Assembly: GCA_951406725.2 (NCBI GenBank)
Contig: OX597818.1
Coordinates: forward strand, 5,208,001-5,272,000
Reading direction: 5' to 3'
Length of the DNA stretch: 64,000 bases
DNA from: Octopus vulgaris
Lineage: Eukaryota
This document shows, piece by piece, positions 26,839 through 37,930 of the stretch. Position numbers and translations under genes: made by a program. The notes below the pieces were generated by a model, which searched no databases, had not been told where the DNA came from, and worked only from the letters and a program-made list of their open reading frames with translations. The stretch's first letter is position 1, and every line of letters starts with the position of its first letter.

Positions 26839-27260
26839 TAAGGGATTACAGAAAACCAAGAAGATGATGTATTTGAGGAACCTTCTGTGGGTAATGAGAT
26901 AGAAGAGCCTACAAAACAATCAACAGCACGAAACAGTGACATGGATAGGGAGAAATATTTGGAACTAAAAGAACAAATACAGAGAATATGAGAACAGGTC
27001 AAAGCATAGACACCACAAAAGTCAGCTCTTACCAAAAGTCAGTTTGTATAAGAACCTGAAGGAGTTGATTAAAATTAGCAATAATGTCATAGATGAGATA
27101 AAATCAACAACGATAGAAGCACTAAATATAACATCGCTAAACCAACTAGCCTATGAAACAGCTACAGCTATTACTGAAGCAAAGGCATAAAACTAAAAAG
27201 AAAAAGAAAACTGCTGAACAGAAGAAGAGACAACCAAGATAGAAAGAAAACTTAGAAAAT
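26837..27260 (+). mobile_element. R4/Dong-type fragment, near-identical duplicate of ~36110-36532
   Basis: Direct sequence match by eye (e.g. LPKVSLYKNLKELIKISNNVIDEIK). Confidence 0.85.
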
Positions 27261-27274
27261 GAGGTTAATATATA

Positions 27275-27665
27275 GATCCACGCCCAGGTGGCAAAAATGG
27301 AAAAAAATATGTGTAACAGATGTAAGGCAACGTATATTGAAGGAAAATGACAAAAAAAAAAGCGCGCTGAGAAACGGGGGGTGGGGAAGGGGCTCGGAAA
27401 ATTCCCACGATCAACCGTAGAGGATCCGCGCCCAAGTGGCAAAAATGGAAAAAAATATGTGTAACAGGTGTAAGGCATCGTATATTGAAGGAAAATGACG
27501 AAAAAAAAAGCGCGCTGACAAACGGGGGGTGGGGAGAGGGCTCGGAAAATTCCCACGATCAATAAACCGAGCAATAAATCGAGCAATAAACCTCAACACC
27601 CGGTCGCAGGAGCGCAACAGAAACCGTCTAAATACTTCTCATGCAATGTGTATACAACAAATATT
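27275..27665 (+). repeat. Modular G-rich tandem array (units ~150-165 bp), inverted relative to 34683-35172
   Basis: Repeated block GCGCGCTGA(G/C)AAACGGGGGGTGGGGA.GGGCTCGGAAAATTCCCACGATCAA. Confidence 0.85.
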
Positions 27666-27705
27666 GTTGGGTGGACAAACACACGCACACATATATATAC
27701 ATATA

Positions 27706-27860
27706 TACGACGGGCTTCTTAAAGGTTCCGTCTACCAAACCCACTCACAAGGCTTTTGCTGGCTCGAGGCTATAGTAGAAGACACTTGACCAAGGTACCA
27801 CGCAGTGGGACTGAACCCGGAACCATGTGGTTGGTGAGGAAGCTACTTACCACACAGCCA
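27706..27860 (-). mobile_element. SINE 5' portion (OR1-like)
   Basis: Minus strand GGCTGTGTGGTAAGTAGCTT...CCGGGTTCAGTCCC tRNA-like A/B boxes. Confidence 0.8.
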
Positions 27861-28535
27861 TCCACTCTTTCTCGAACACATCTCTTCTAAACCCTGCCAA
27901 CGCTGTTTCCCCGAACACACTTCTCGACAAAACTCATATTTTTTTGTAACTTTCAAATAAAATAATAAAAAAAAACCCCTTAATTTCATATTGATGTGGG
28001 GAAAATACTCCGAAAGAAATATTTGCAGAAAGGTGAGTAGATTCATTACACAATTCATTTCATTGTGTTACCGCAGTTTAGTGAGATTTGGCTGTTATTT
28101 CTAGCATGAAAATAGCCGGCTTGAGGGGGATATATCTTCTCTATATATAAAACTGAAATGCGTTTTTACCGCTTGGATCGCTTTCAATGCCACTACATCC
28201 CGTCCGATTCGCTCCAGGGACATGTAGAATGAGGTGACGATGCTCGTGGGCTACCTTAGAAATTTCTATCTTAAAAGGTGTGGTTGCTAGGGGCCATCTT
28301 CCTCACTCACCCTATTTCCTCCTTTCCCTCTCTTACTCCCCTTCATAACTTTCAGAAGTCCACTACCGTTATTTAAAGTATCTGTCACTATCGCTATTTC
28401 CTTTCTTTTTCACTGACTCTGTTTCCTACCTTCCTATCACTTCGGCGACGTTCTTTTAAGTATATGTTTGTCACCAACAAACAACACACGAGCATGAGAA
28501 CAAATATTATGAATCAGATATTCTTGCGTTCATTT

Positions 28536-28730
28536 ATATGTGTGTGTGTGTGTGTTCTATATATAAATATGCATATATAATGTATGTGTGTGTGTGTGTT
28601 CTATATATAAATATGTATATATAATGTATGTGTGTGTGTGTGTGTTCTATATATAAATATGTATATATAATGTATGTGTGTGTGTGTGTGTGTTCTATAT
28701 ATAAATATGTATATATAATGTATATATACA
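28536..28730. repeat. Minisatellite, ~45-bp unit built of (TG)n-TTC-TATATATAAATATGTATATATAATGTA, about 4 copies
   Basis: Directly visible tandem units. Confidence 0.9.
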
Positions 28731-28872
28731 AAGTGTATATATCTGTATTTATGTATATTAAACTTTTTCATACTTTTTCATAGTTATATATATTTTTAAA
28801 CAAATTATAAATATAATTTAATAAATTTTATTTTCAATTTAAATAATTTAAAGTTTTCAATTTTATATTTTA

Positions 28873-29275
28873 CTAGCAGTATCGCCCGGCGTTGCTCGGG
28901 TTTGTAAGGGAAATAACTATATAAGCATTTTTAGTGAGTTATAGCAAAAGAAATAGCAAAAAATGCATTAAAAATGGAATAAAAAATGATAGTAATTTTT
29001 TTTTAAATCGTTGACTCATCGTAGACATTTTTAGAGAGTTACTTCCCTTATATAATAGCGAAAAATGCATTAAAGTGGAATAAAAAATGATGGTAAATAT
29101 TTTTTTAAATCGTAGACTCGTCGTAGACGCGCGCTAATACCCAGAAGGGCTCGATATGAATCACGACTATAAGATACCCGGTTTTGGTTACACTGCACCG
29201 CAAAATGTGGGAGTAGTTAGGAATCTAAATCGAAGGGGACAGACACTCACACAACTACAGTTTTATATATATAGA
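28873..29275 (-). mobile_element. Non-autonomous Helitron (family A)
   Basis: 5' TCTATATATATAAAA; 3' hairpin CCCGAGCAACGCCGGG then CTAG; homologous to the 30671 and 43349 copies. Confidence 0.85.
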
Positions 29276-29423
29276 TATATTTTCTATGTTATATTTTCTT
29301 TTTTTATGTTTTTGTTTTTGGTTTTTCACTGTTTGATTTACCTATTAGTGGTTTTATCTCTAATTTAATTTATACAGATATATATCTCATTTGTATACAT
29401 TTGTATATAAAATGCGTGCATAT

Positions 29424-29459
<36 letters not shown>

Positions 29460-29467
<8 letters not shown>

Positions 29468-30670
29468 ATATATATATAATGTGTGCATTACGTAGTCGGT
29501 CGATTCAGCTGAAAATATGCACACCTATGTTAAAGGTGCTGACAAGTTTGCATGACAACCATTTTGTTCCTCAAATGAAAGGCGTCACCTCCAGGACAAA
29601 ATTCCTCATCTTATAAAATGTGGCCCCAGTAGACCCGAATGAAATCGGGTTATATTAACCAAAATGTGAAAAGGGGTCTAAATGGGGCTGGAAGGGGATT
29701 AAAATTTCAAGGAGCGGGTGTTTAGGAATTCTCTGTTACATCAAGCTAAAAAATTTGCGCCAGCCTTTTAATCGTCAATGTGTTGCCGTCCATGATAAAG
29801 AAGTTTTGAATGCTTGCAATGGTGAGTCTACTGTCGTGAGAAAGAATCACTTCAAAATTTGGTGTTTACGAATTGTCTTTTACATCAAGTTCAAAATTTT
29901 ACGCCAGCCGTTAAACTGTCACTACGTTGCTGTCCGTCGTTAACAAATGCCAGCCATGGTGACTCTACTATCCTCACATTCCATCCCTTCAAAGTTTGGT
30001 TTCCAATATTTTATTATTTTTATTCAGCTCGCAAGTTCGTCTGTCCCTTTTAAATGTTAGCGTTTTGCTGTCTGCCTTGAAGCAGACCTTTCCATTGCCA
30101 CTGCCTCATATTTCTGATTGATCTTTCTAAATATTTTATTTCTCAACTTACTCGAGATCTTCTGTTGTTTATAAATGGGAGAAAGATAGATAAAGATAGA
30201 CAGTAAGAGAAAGCGAGGGAGAGTCCGAGAGAAAAGAAAAATAAGAGAGTGGGAAAGTGAGAGAGAAAGGAGAGAGAAACAAATACGGAGAATCATCATC
30301 ATCATCATCGTTTAACGTCCGTTTTCCGTGCTAGCACGGGTTGGGCAGTGTGACCGGGGTTTCGGAAGCCAGGAGGCTGCACCAGGCTCCAGTCTGATCT
30401 GGCAGTGTTTCTACAGGTAGATGACCTTCCTAACGCCAACCACTCTGTGAGTGTAGTGAGTGCTTTTTTCGTGCCGCCAGCACTGGTGCCAGGGGGGCTC
30501 GCAGTGGCAACGATCGGTTGGTGCTTTTTACGTGCCACCGGCACAGAAGCAAGTCAAGGCGGTGCTGCAATCGGCCACGTTCGGATGGTGCTTTTTACGT
30601 GCTGAAAGGAAGCAACTGAAAGTAACACCCACACTCTTACCCGCGCGTAGAGCGGGTTACCTTCAGCTTG
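29460..30670 (+). mobile_element. Non-autonomous Helitron (family B) carrying a captured retroposon tail
   Basis: 3' hairpin ACCCGC-GCGTAGA-GCGGGT then CTTG (CTAG in the second copy). About 1.1 kb is duplicated at 52698-53844. The 5' boundary is approximate. Confidence 0.75.
30296..30600 (-). mobile_element. Retroposon (SINE/RTE-like) 3' segment with (TGA)n tail, inside Helitron B
   Basis: (ATC)n-GTTTAACGTCCGTTTTCC... tail structure; the same segment lies at ~53457-53775. Confidence 0.65.
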
Positions 30671-31038
30671 TCTTTATATATAAAAGTGAGGTTGTGTGCT
30701 ATCTGTCTCCTACGATTTAGATTCCTAACTACTCCCACATTTTGCGGTGCAGTTTAACCGAAACCGGGTATCTTATAGTCGTGATTCATATCGAGCCCTA
30801 CGATGCGTCTACGATTTAAAGAAAAATTTACCATCAATTTCCCCCATTTTCAACGCATTTTTGGCATAAGGGAAGTAACTCTCTAAAAATGTATTATTAA
30901 ATCTCAGAGAACGTAAAAAGCTACAGTAACACCCCCCCCTCTTTGCGGTTAACCATATTGAGATGGCTTTACATCTCTAAAAATGCTTATATAGTTATTT
31001 CCCTTACAAACCCGAGCAACGCCGGGCGATACTGCTAG
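30671..31038 (+). mobile_element. Non-autonomous Helitron (family A)
   Basis: 5' TCTTTATATATAAAAG; 3' CCCGAGCAACGCCGGG-CGATACTG-CTAG. Confidence 0.85.
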
Positions 31039-31049
31039 TCTATATATAT

Positions 31050-31095
<46 letters not shown>

Positions 31096-31163
31096 CTAGT
31101 TTCAGCTCATGAGCTGTGGCCATGCTGGGGTACCGCCATTTGGTGTTGCTACATGGTTTTACT

Positions 31164-34100
31164 TCACGACAGCGTTTTAGCAACTGCCATTTGGTGCATG
31201 AGAGAGTTCGATGCAGCTGCCCTCATCTGCACCTCCTGCCGTGAAGTTGCTTCATCTGGGATACCTGACAGGAAGAGATCCAGTTTCATTTTAAAGACAT
31301 CTGCATCCACCCCATGCAGGTCTCTTAGGTTCTTCGGGAGGATATTGAAGAGCTGTGGGCCTCGGAAGCCCAGGCTATCACAGTATCTTGTCCTACATCT
31401 TGATGGCAAATTTGTAGTCCTAGGCACCACGTAGTGGCGCCCAGTTCTGGCATTTGTGTAACTCTCGATGCCAAAGTTTGGGATAAGTCGCTCCAGGATC
31501 TTCCAGATGTATATTATGGCATATCTTTCTCGCCTACGCTCCAAGGAATAGAGTTTTAATCTCTTGAGTCTTTCCCAGTAGCTTATATTCTGCATAGAGG
31601 CTATCTTCTTCGTGTAGGATCGCCTCAAGTTCTGTGATCAACTTGACACTGGATGGTGACCATAACTGAGAGCAATAGTCAAAGTGGCTTAGGACAAGTG
31701 TCCTCCAGAGGACCATCATGGTTTCTTGTTCTCTTGTTCTGAGAATCCATCCGGCCAGTCGTCTACATTTCATTGCCAATTTAGCAACATGTACACGAAA
31801 GGTTGCGTCATCACTCATGTAAATACCCAGGTCACGCACTGATTGTGCCTCTGGGATTGCAATTCCTCCGGGTCCAGTGTATTCATTGGGTATTGCATTT
31901 AGTTTTGCATGCTGATAGTATAAAGCTTGAAACTTTTCAGCATTGAACTGCATGCTATTCTTTTCAGCCCACTTGTATATTTTGTCCAGCTCACATTGCA
32001 GGCGTTTAGTGTCCTCAGGGTTCTGTATTGCCTGTGAAACTTTTGTATTATCTGCATAACTTGTGATCGTGGCTCTCTGCGTGGCTGAGGGCATGTCTGA
32101 GAGGGCCATTATGAACAGTAGTGGTCCCAAAACAGTGCCCTGCGGAACACCGCTCACTATTTGCGTGTTAATGGAAGTGGCTACTACCACCTGACTTCTA
32201 TCTTTCAGAAAGTCATGAAGCCATTCTACTACCACCTGACTTCTATCTTTCAGAAAGTCATGAAGCCATTCTCCCAGTTTTCCAACTATGTTGAGATCAC
32301 GCAGTTTGTGACATATAATTTCATGATCGACTTTATCAAAGGCCTTTGCAAAGTCGAGATATATCACTTCCACATTTGAGTGGTTGAGCAGTCGTTTCAG
32401 CACCCAGTCATAGTGTTGTAGGAGTTGAGTTAAACAGCTTCTCCCTGGTCGGAAACCATGTTGGGTGTCGGGCAGCAAGTCATTTTCTTCAAGGAAGGTG
32501 ATCAGTTTCCTTCTGACTATTCGTTCCATGACCTTGCTGATGTGTGAGGTGAGAGAGATAGGTCTGTAGTTCTTGGCCTCCGCTCTGCTACCTCCTTTAT
32601 GAATAGGGCATATTTTACCTCCCTTCAGATTTCTTGGAAGTTTGCCAGCTGCAAGGAAGCTCTGAAAGAGGAACTGCAGTGGTCTTGCTAGGACTCTCTT
32701 ACATACTTTTAGGAGGATTGCCGGGAATCCATCGGGGCCAGTAGCTGAGTCTGTTTTCATTTCATCTATAGCCTTTATTACATCGTCTTCCTTTATATCG
32801 ATGTAATTTATCGTCGCCGCCTCTGATTTTATATCTGCAGTGGTAAAGAAGTCAGTTGGATTGGTGATTTGGAAATGCCCAAGGGGTGGAGTGAAAACAC
32901 TCTTGAATTGCTCATTCAGTATTTCACTTACCCTCATTGGTTTTCCTGTGAGTGTGCCATCCTTGTCAAGGAGTGGCCCTATCCTACAGCGCACCGTAGC
33001 TGTTTCTTTGGCATACCTGTAGAAAGCTCTGGGGTTAGATTTTATGTTGTCTATAGCCCAGGTTTCTTTGTCTGCTCCTTTCTTTTCATGGGAGAGTTGC
33101 AGACATTTTTCAATTTCCAACAGTTTTATTTTCAGGCGGGACTTTTCACTGCTTTCAATTTGTTTGTTTAGGCGATTTGAAATTTTTGTACGCCGTCTCA
33201 TTAAAATTTTTCTCTCTCTGGGGATTTTGTTCTTGTGTACAGTGGCCTTTCTCTCTGGGACACATTTGTAGCATATGGCTTGCATTACAGACATGAATTG
33301 TTGAAGTTTCACGTCGATGTCTGTTGAGGAGAGACATTCAGGCCAGTTTTGTTTGAGGATCTCTTTCTCAATTTGCTTCCAGTTTGCCTTATGGTAGTTC
33401 AAGCTGGAAAGATTCTGAGGGTTTCTTGTAGGCTGCATGTCCGTGCTCTCTTTTGGCCCGTACATGGTCAGCTCTATCATGTTGTGATCCGAGAGTAGTG
33501 TCGATGTCACTTTCACATTATGGATGAGATCCATATTATTTGTGAAGCAGAGATCCAGTGTGTTACCTGCCCTGGTTGGTTGGAGTATTACTTGCTCCAT
33601 GTACAGGGTGTTGATGAGGTTCAGGAGGGACCTCGCCTGTCCTCGTTCACATCTTGTCATTCCTGGGAGAGAAAGGCCCTCGGGCCATCTGACATTGGGT
33701 AGATTGAAGTCTCCCATAAGAAGTACACTTCATGTGTTGTTCTAATGTGATTAGAACTTCTTCTATTTTTATAAGGCAGTCTTCAAACTTGCCTACATGG
33801 CTTGGGGCATCTGGAGGGCGATATGTAGCACACACAGCTACATCAAGTTGCCTTATATGTACAATTAGTGTGTCACACACCGAGTTTGAGTATGACAAAA
33901 GGACCTGGGGTGTGAGGTCCTCACGGATGTACATAGCAACTCCTCCATGACTCCTTTCTTTTCTGTCGGTCCGTAGTACAACATACTGTGGTATGTGTAA
34001 TTCCGCATCTGCTATGTCTGGTTTCAGGTGCGTTTCCGTAAGTGCTATGCATAAGGCTTGATTGCATGCAACAAAGTCTCTCAAGAACGGGATTTTTGGC

Positions 34101-34180
34101 CTGTTGCTGAGTGTTTGCAGTCCTCTGATGTTCAGTAGGAACATCCAGGTGAGGTGTATGTTGTTGCCGGCGGTGTCCAT
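31164..34180 (-). pseudogene. LINE ORF2 (APE endonuclease + reverse transcriptase), disabled
   Basis: Split over ORFs 33647-34288, 31534-33717 and 31164-31628 by frameshifts; YADD changed to YADN; in-frame 45-bp duplication. Confidence 0.9.
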
Positions 34181-34680
34181 CTTGGGTCTGTTTGCTGTGG
34201 TGGTCTTGTATATTGTGGGTAGTCCCACCTGCGAGCTTGGGTTTGATGAAGCCAGGTTAGCTGCTGTACAATCTTTTGTGCCATGCACAAAAAAGATTCT
34301 TGCTCAGCAGCTGCCCTTTCAACAACATCATGTTGGCGGTTTGTGGCACGCACCACATTTGCGTACCTCTGTTTTGGGGCAGGTGGTGCGTGGTCCATCC
34401 CTTTTCCTTTTGTTGATGGTTTGTTTCTTATCTGTTTCGTGTCTCTGCGGCAGGGTCCCCGATGTGCAAAGCGGCAGCCTGCACCTTCCTCTCCATGCCA
34501 GCAGGTACCTCTCAGGTAGAACCTACACACCCGTGTGCGCTGTTTGTTTCCATCCTTTGTGGTTCCACTTCTATTCCTGGCTGTTTCACCCTTTGGTCCT
34601 GCTTGAGCTTTTCCTTTAGTTCTTTTAGTCCTTCTTTTAGTTCTTCCTCCCTCTATTTCGTCCTTGGGCTCTTCATCTCC
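34132..34680 (-). pseudogene. LINE ORF1 C-terminal part with CCCH zinc finger
   Basis: CRFYLRGTCWHGEEGAGCRFAH (C-x7-C-x8-C-x3-H) upstream of and overlapping the probable ORF2 start. Confidence 0.65.
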
Positions 34681-34682
34681 AT

Positions 34683-35172
34683 TCAGACGGTTTCTGTTGC
34701 GCTCCTGCGACCGGGTCTTGAGGTTTATTGCTCGGATCCTCTATGGTTGATAGTGGGTATTTCCGAGCCCCCTCCCCACGCCCCCGTTTGTCAGCGCGCA
34801 TTTTTTTCTCGATATTTGTTGTATACACATTGCATGAGAAGTATTTAGACGGTTTCTGTTGCGCTCCTGCGACCGCGCGTTGAGGTTTATTGCTCGGATC
34901 CTCTACGGTTGATCGTGGGTATTTTCCGAGCCCCCTCCCCACGCACCCGTTTGTCAGCGTGCATTTTGTTCTCGATATTTGTTGTATACACATTGCATGA
35001 GAAGTATTTAGACGGTTTCTGTTGCGCTCCTGCGACCGGGTGTTGAGGTTTATTGCTCGGTCCTCTACGGTTGATCGTGGGAATTTTCCGAGCCCCCTCC
35101 CCTCCCCCCGTTTCTCAGCGCGCTGTTTTTTCGTCATATTCCTTCAATATAGGATGCCTTACACCTGTTACA
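34683..35172 (-). repeat. Modular G-rich tandem array, about 3 units of ~165 bp
   Basis: AGACGGTTTCTGTTGCGCTCCTGCGACC repeated at ~34685, 34847 and 35010; reverse complement of the 27275-27665 modules. Confidence 0.9.
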
Positions 35173-37930
35173 CAGCTAAGAAAATATGCAAAAAGCATGG
35201 AATCAAACAGAACAATGAAATACATGAAGCAAAAGAAAACCTAAAGCAAAAAATCCAAGCAAAGGCACAACGACTGTCACGATATAAAGGGCATATGGGG
35301 TATTTTTTAGTGATAGTACTTCTGTTCACCATCTGTCGCATGCCAAGAGCATGGATAATGGTCACTAGTTTACAACAAAGCTCAGCTCTCACTTATGACT
35401 CCATGTAGCCGGTTGCGCACGCCGACGGCCATGTCCCGGAACCTCCACTCGACAGTGGTGCAAAGTGAGGGGCAACGGCAGTTAGGGTGCTGTTGTGGTT
35501 GAAGGGATACCTTCCTTTAAGTGCATGAAGTCTGAGGCGGCGGAACAAGGAATGTGTGTGATACCCATAGCGCACACTCCGGTACTCAAGGAGAATGTGG
35601 CCAATCACCATGAATACACCCAGTAGTTAACCAATAATGGATAAAGCCAATAAAACAATCCATACCGCATCGCTCGTCTCACGGGTCAACAAGGAGCACG
35701 TCCCCTAGTTAGAAGTCAAGCTGGGAGCAAAAAGTTGTTTACTGATTCAAATTCTACCCACTCCCGGGCAACTTAACCGAGGAAAACCTCAACCTGAGCC
35801 CCATCGATGCAAGTCATACTACACGCAATACCCGTGGAACTAAATGGAATCGGGAAGAGTATAAACTAGTCATGGAAGAATACTACACGGTGGTAGTCAC
35901 ACCATCAGAAGATAACAGGACAAAAAGGACTTATCAATTATAGACACCAAAATCAAACTTCAAGGTTAATCATGGATCCCAACAAGTTAGGGAATGTTCG
36001 AAGAGATACCATTAAAAACAGGTGGCTCACAGACACTGAGCTGGAAAAATAAAAGAAAAAGTCAACAGGTTTCACCCTATAACACCAAATACAAATGAAA
36101 TAATAGAAACAGGGACTACAGAAAACCAAGAAGATGATGTATTTGAGGAACCCTCTGTGGGTAATGAGATAGAAGAGTCTACAAAACAATCAACAGCACG
36201 AAACAGTGACATGGATAGGGAGAAATATTTGGAACTAAAAGAACAAATTCAGAGAAAGTGGGAACAGGTAAAAGCGCACAAGACATCACCGACAGAGGGC
36301 CCCTACCAAAAGTCAGTTTGTATAAGAACCTGAAGGAGTTGATTAAAATTAGCAATAATGTCATAGATGAGATAAAATCAACAACGATAGAAGCACTAAA
36401 TATAACATCGCTAAACCAACTAGCCTATGAAACAGCTACAGCTATTACTGAAGCAAAGGCATAAAACTAAAAAGAAAAAGAAAACTGCTGAACAGAAGAA
36501 AAGACAACCAAGATAGAAAGAAAACTTAGAAAAGAATATACAATGCATGAGAGGCAACTTATCAATACTGACCGAAATAAGTAACGGAAACCTGGTCAAC
36601 CAAAGAAAAGCCAATAAAATATGCAAAAAAGCATGGAATCAAACAAAACAATGAAATACATGAAGCTAAAGCAAAAAATCCAAGCAAAGGCACAACAAAT
36701 GACACAGAAAACCCAAAGAACTATAGACCAATCACCTGTCTACCAACAATGTATAGAATATTAACATCTGTAATCACTGAAAGAACATACACATTACTAG
36801 AAGAAACCAACCTACTACCACCAGAACAAACAGGTTGTCGAAGTGGGACCTACGGATGCAACGCCCAATTGCTGATAAACAAAATGATCCTTGAAGAAGA
36901 CTGCAAAACCAGGAAAACGAACCTGAGCACATCATAGATCGACTATAAACAGGCGTTCGATAGTGACCTCAATCATGGATGCTGAAAGTGATGGAAGTAT
37001 ACAAAGTATCCCCAACTCTCATCAAGGTTATAAAGCACAGCATGAAAACATGGGAAACTACGTTGACGCTGAACCATTCCAGTGGATCAATAACAAGTAG
37101 ACCAATCAAAATCAAAAGTGGTATCTTCCAAGGAGACTCGCTGTCACCCTTAATATTCTGCTTAGCACTGGCACCATTAAGTACCATGCTAAACAATACC
37201 GGATAGGGATATGAGATCAAGAAGAAAAAAGGGAATCCTCTGTTCTACATGGATCTGAAAATGTACTCAAAAAATGACGAACAAGAAGGACTATTTGCTA
37301 GGGTTAAAAAGTTGAGTGATGATATCAGGATGCAGTTTGACTGGAGAAATACGCCAAAACCACTTTCATAAGAGGCAAACTGGCATGTTCTGCAAGTTTC
37401 CACGTATATGCAGAGGCAAGAATTCGAGCACTGGACCCGGAAGAAGCATATAAATACCTTGGCATAAACGAAAGTAACGGCATAAAACATTCAGCAATGA
37501 AAGAGATTAGAAAAGGGTACTACAGGAGAGTACGGTTAGTAACAAAGACTGAACTCAACGCTGCAAAAAAGAAGCCATTAACACTCTTGCAGTACCAATC
37601 GTAGCTTACAGTTTTAACATAATCAACTGGCAAATGAGCGAAATAAAGAGGCTAGACTCCAAGATCAGAAAACTACTAACCATGGCTCGAATGAACCACC
37701 CAAAAGAATCTGTGCAGCTTAAAAACAACTGATGAAGGCGAGTGAGAAAGTAACCCAGTTTGCTAAAAGAGTTAAAGAAGAGATGAAAAAACAAGCCCAG
37801 AAGAATGGCTAGAAAAACCGATGCATGGCCGATACCCATGTAGAGTGAAAAAAACGAGACCCTCATGTATAGATGAAGAACTCAGAACTGAAGGCTGAAA
37901 CCGAAGGTTTTATCATAGCAGTACACGATA
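35173..37930 (+). mobile_element. R4/Dong-type non-LTR retroelement relic: short continuation of copy 1 (35173-35290), then 5' UTR and deleted ORF of copy 2
   Basis: KQKIQAKAQRLSRYK; NYRPITCLPTMY; PEQTGCRSGTYGC..QLLI; IDYKQAFDS; GIFQGDSLSPLIFC; FYMD; YKYLG; LKAETEGFIIA. Many stops; no RLE domain retained. Confidence 0.85.

Larger units (their letters stand above)
31052..34682 (-). mobile_element. Near full-length CR1-group LINE (partial ORF1, APE-RT ORF2, (AATC)n tail)
   Basis: APE: LNIRGL, IALTETHL, LRTDR..SHGGVAMY, YRPP, MGDFN, LDLCF, SDH. RT: GPDG, NYRPISLTS, QHGFR, YLDFAKAFD, SGVPQGTVLGP, YADN. CR1-type C-term LYSLERRRER. (GATT)n on plus at 31052-31093. Confidence 0.93.

Noticed and set aside
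31534-33717. Active LINE reverse transcriptase (727-aa ORF)
   Set aside because: The catalytic YADD is YADN, and frameshifts separate the endonuclease and the C-terminus.
27275-35172. Repeat-spacer arrays as CRISPR
   Set aside because: Repeats and spacers are too long, the spacers themselves repeat, there are no cas genes, and the context is eukaryotic.
25240-37930. In-frame TGA codons as selenocysteine (as in Naiad PLEs)
   Set aside because: Stops are mixed TGA/TAA/TAG at non-Cys positions alongside frameshifts, consistent with neutral decay.
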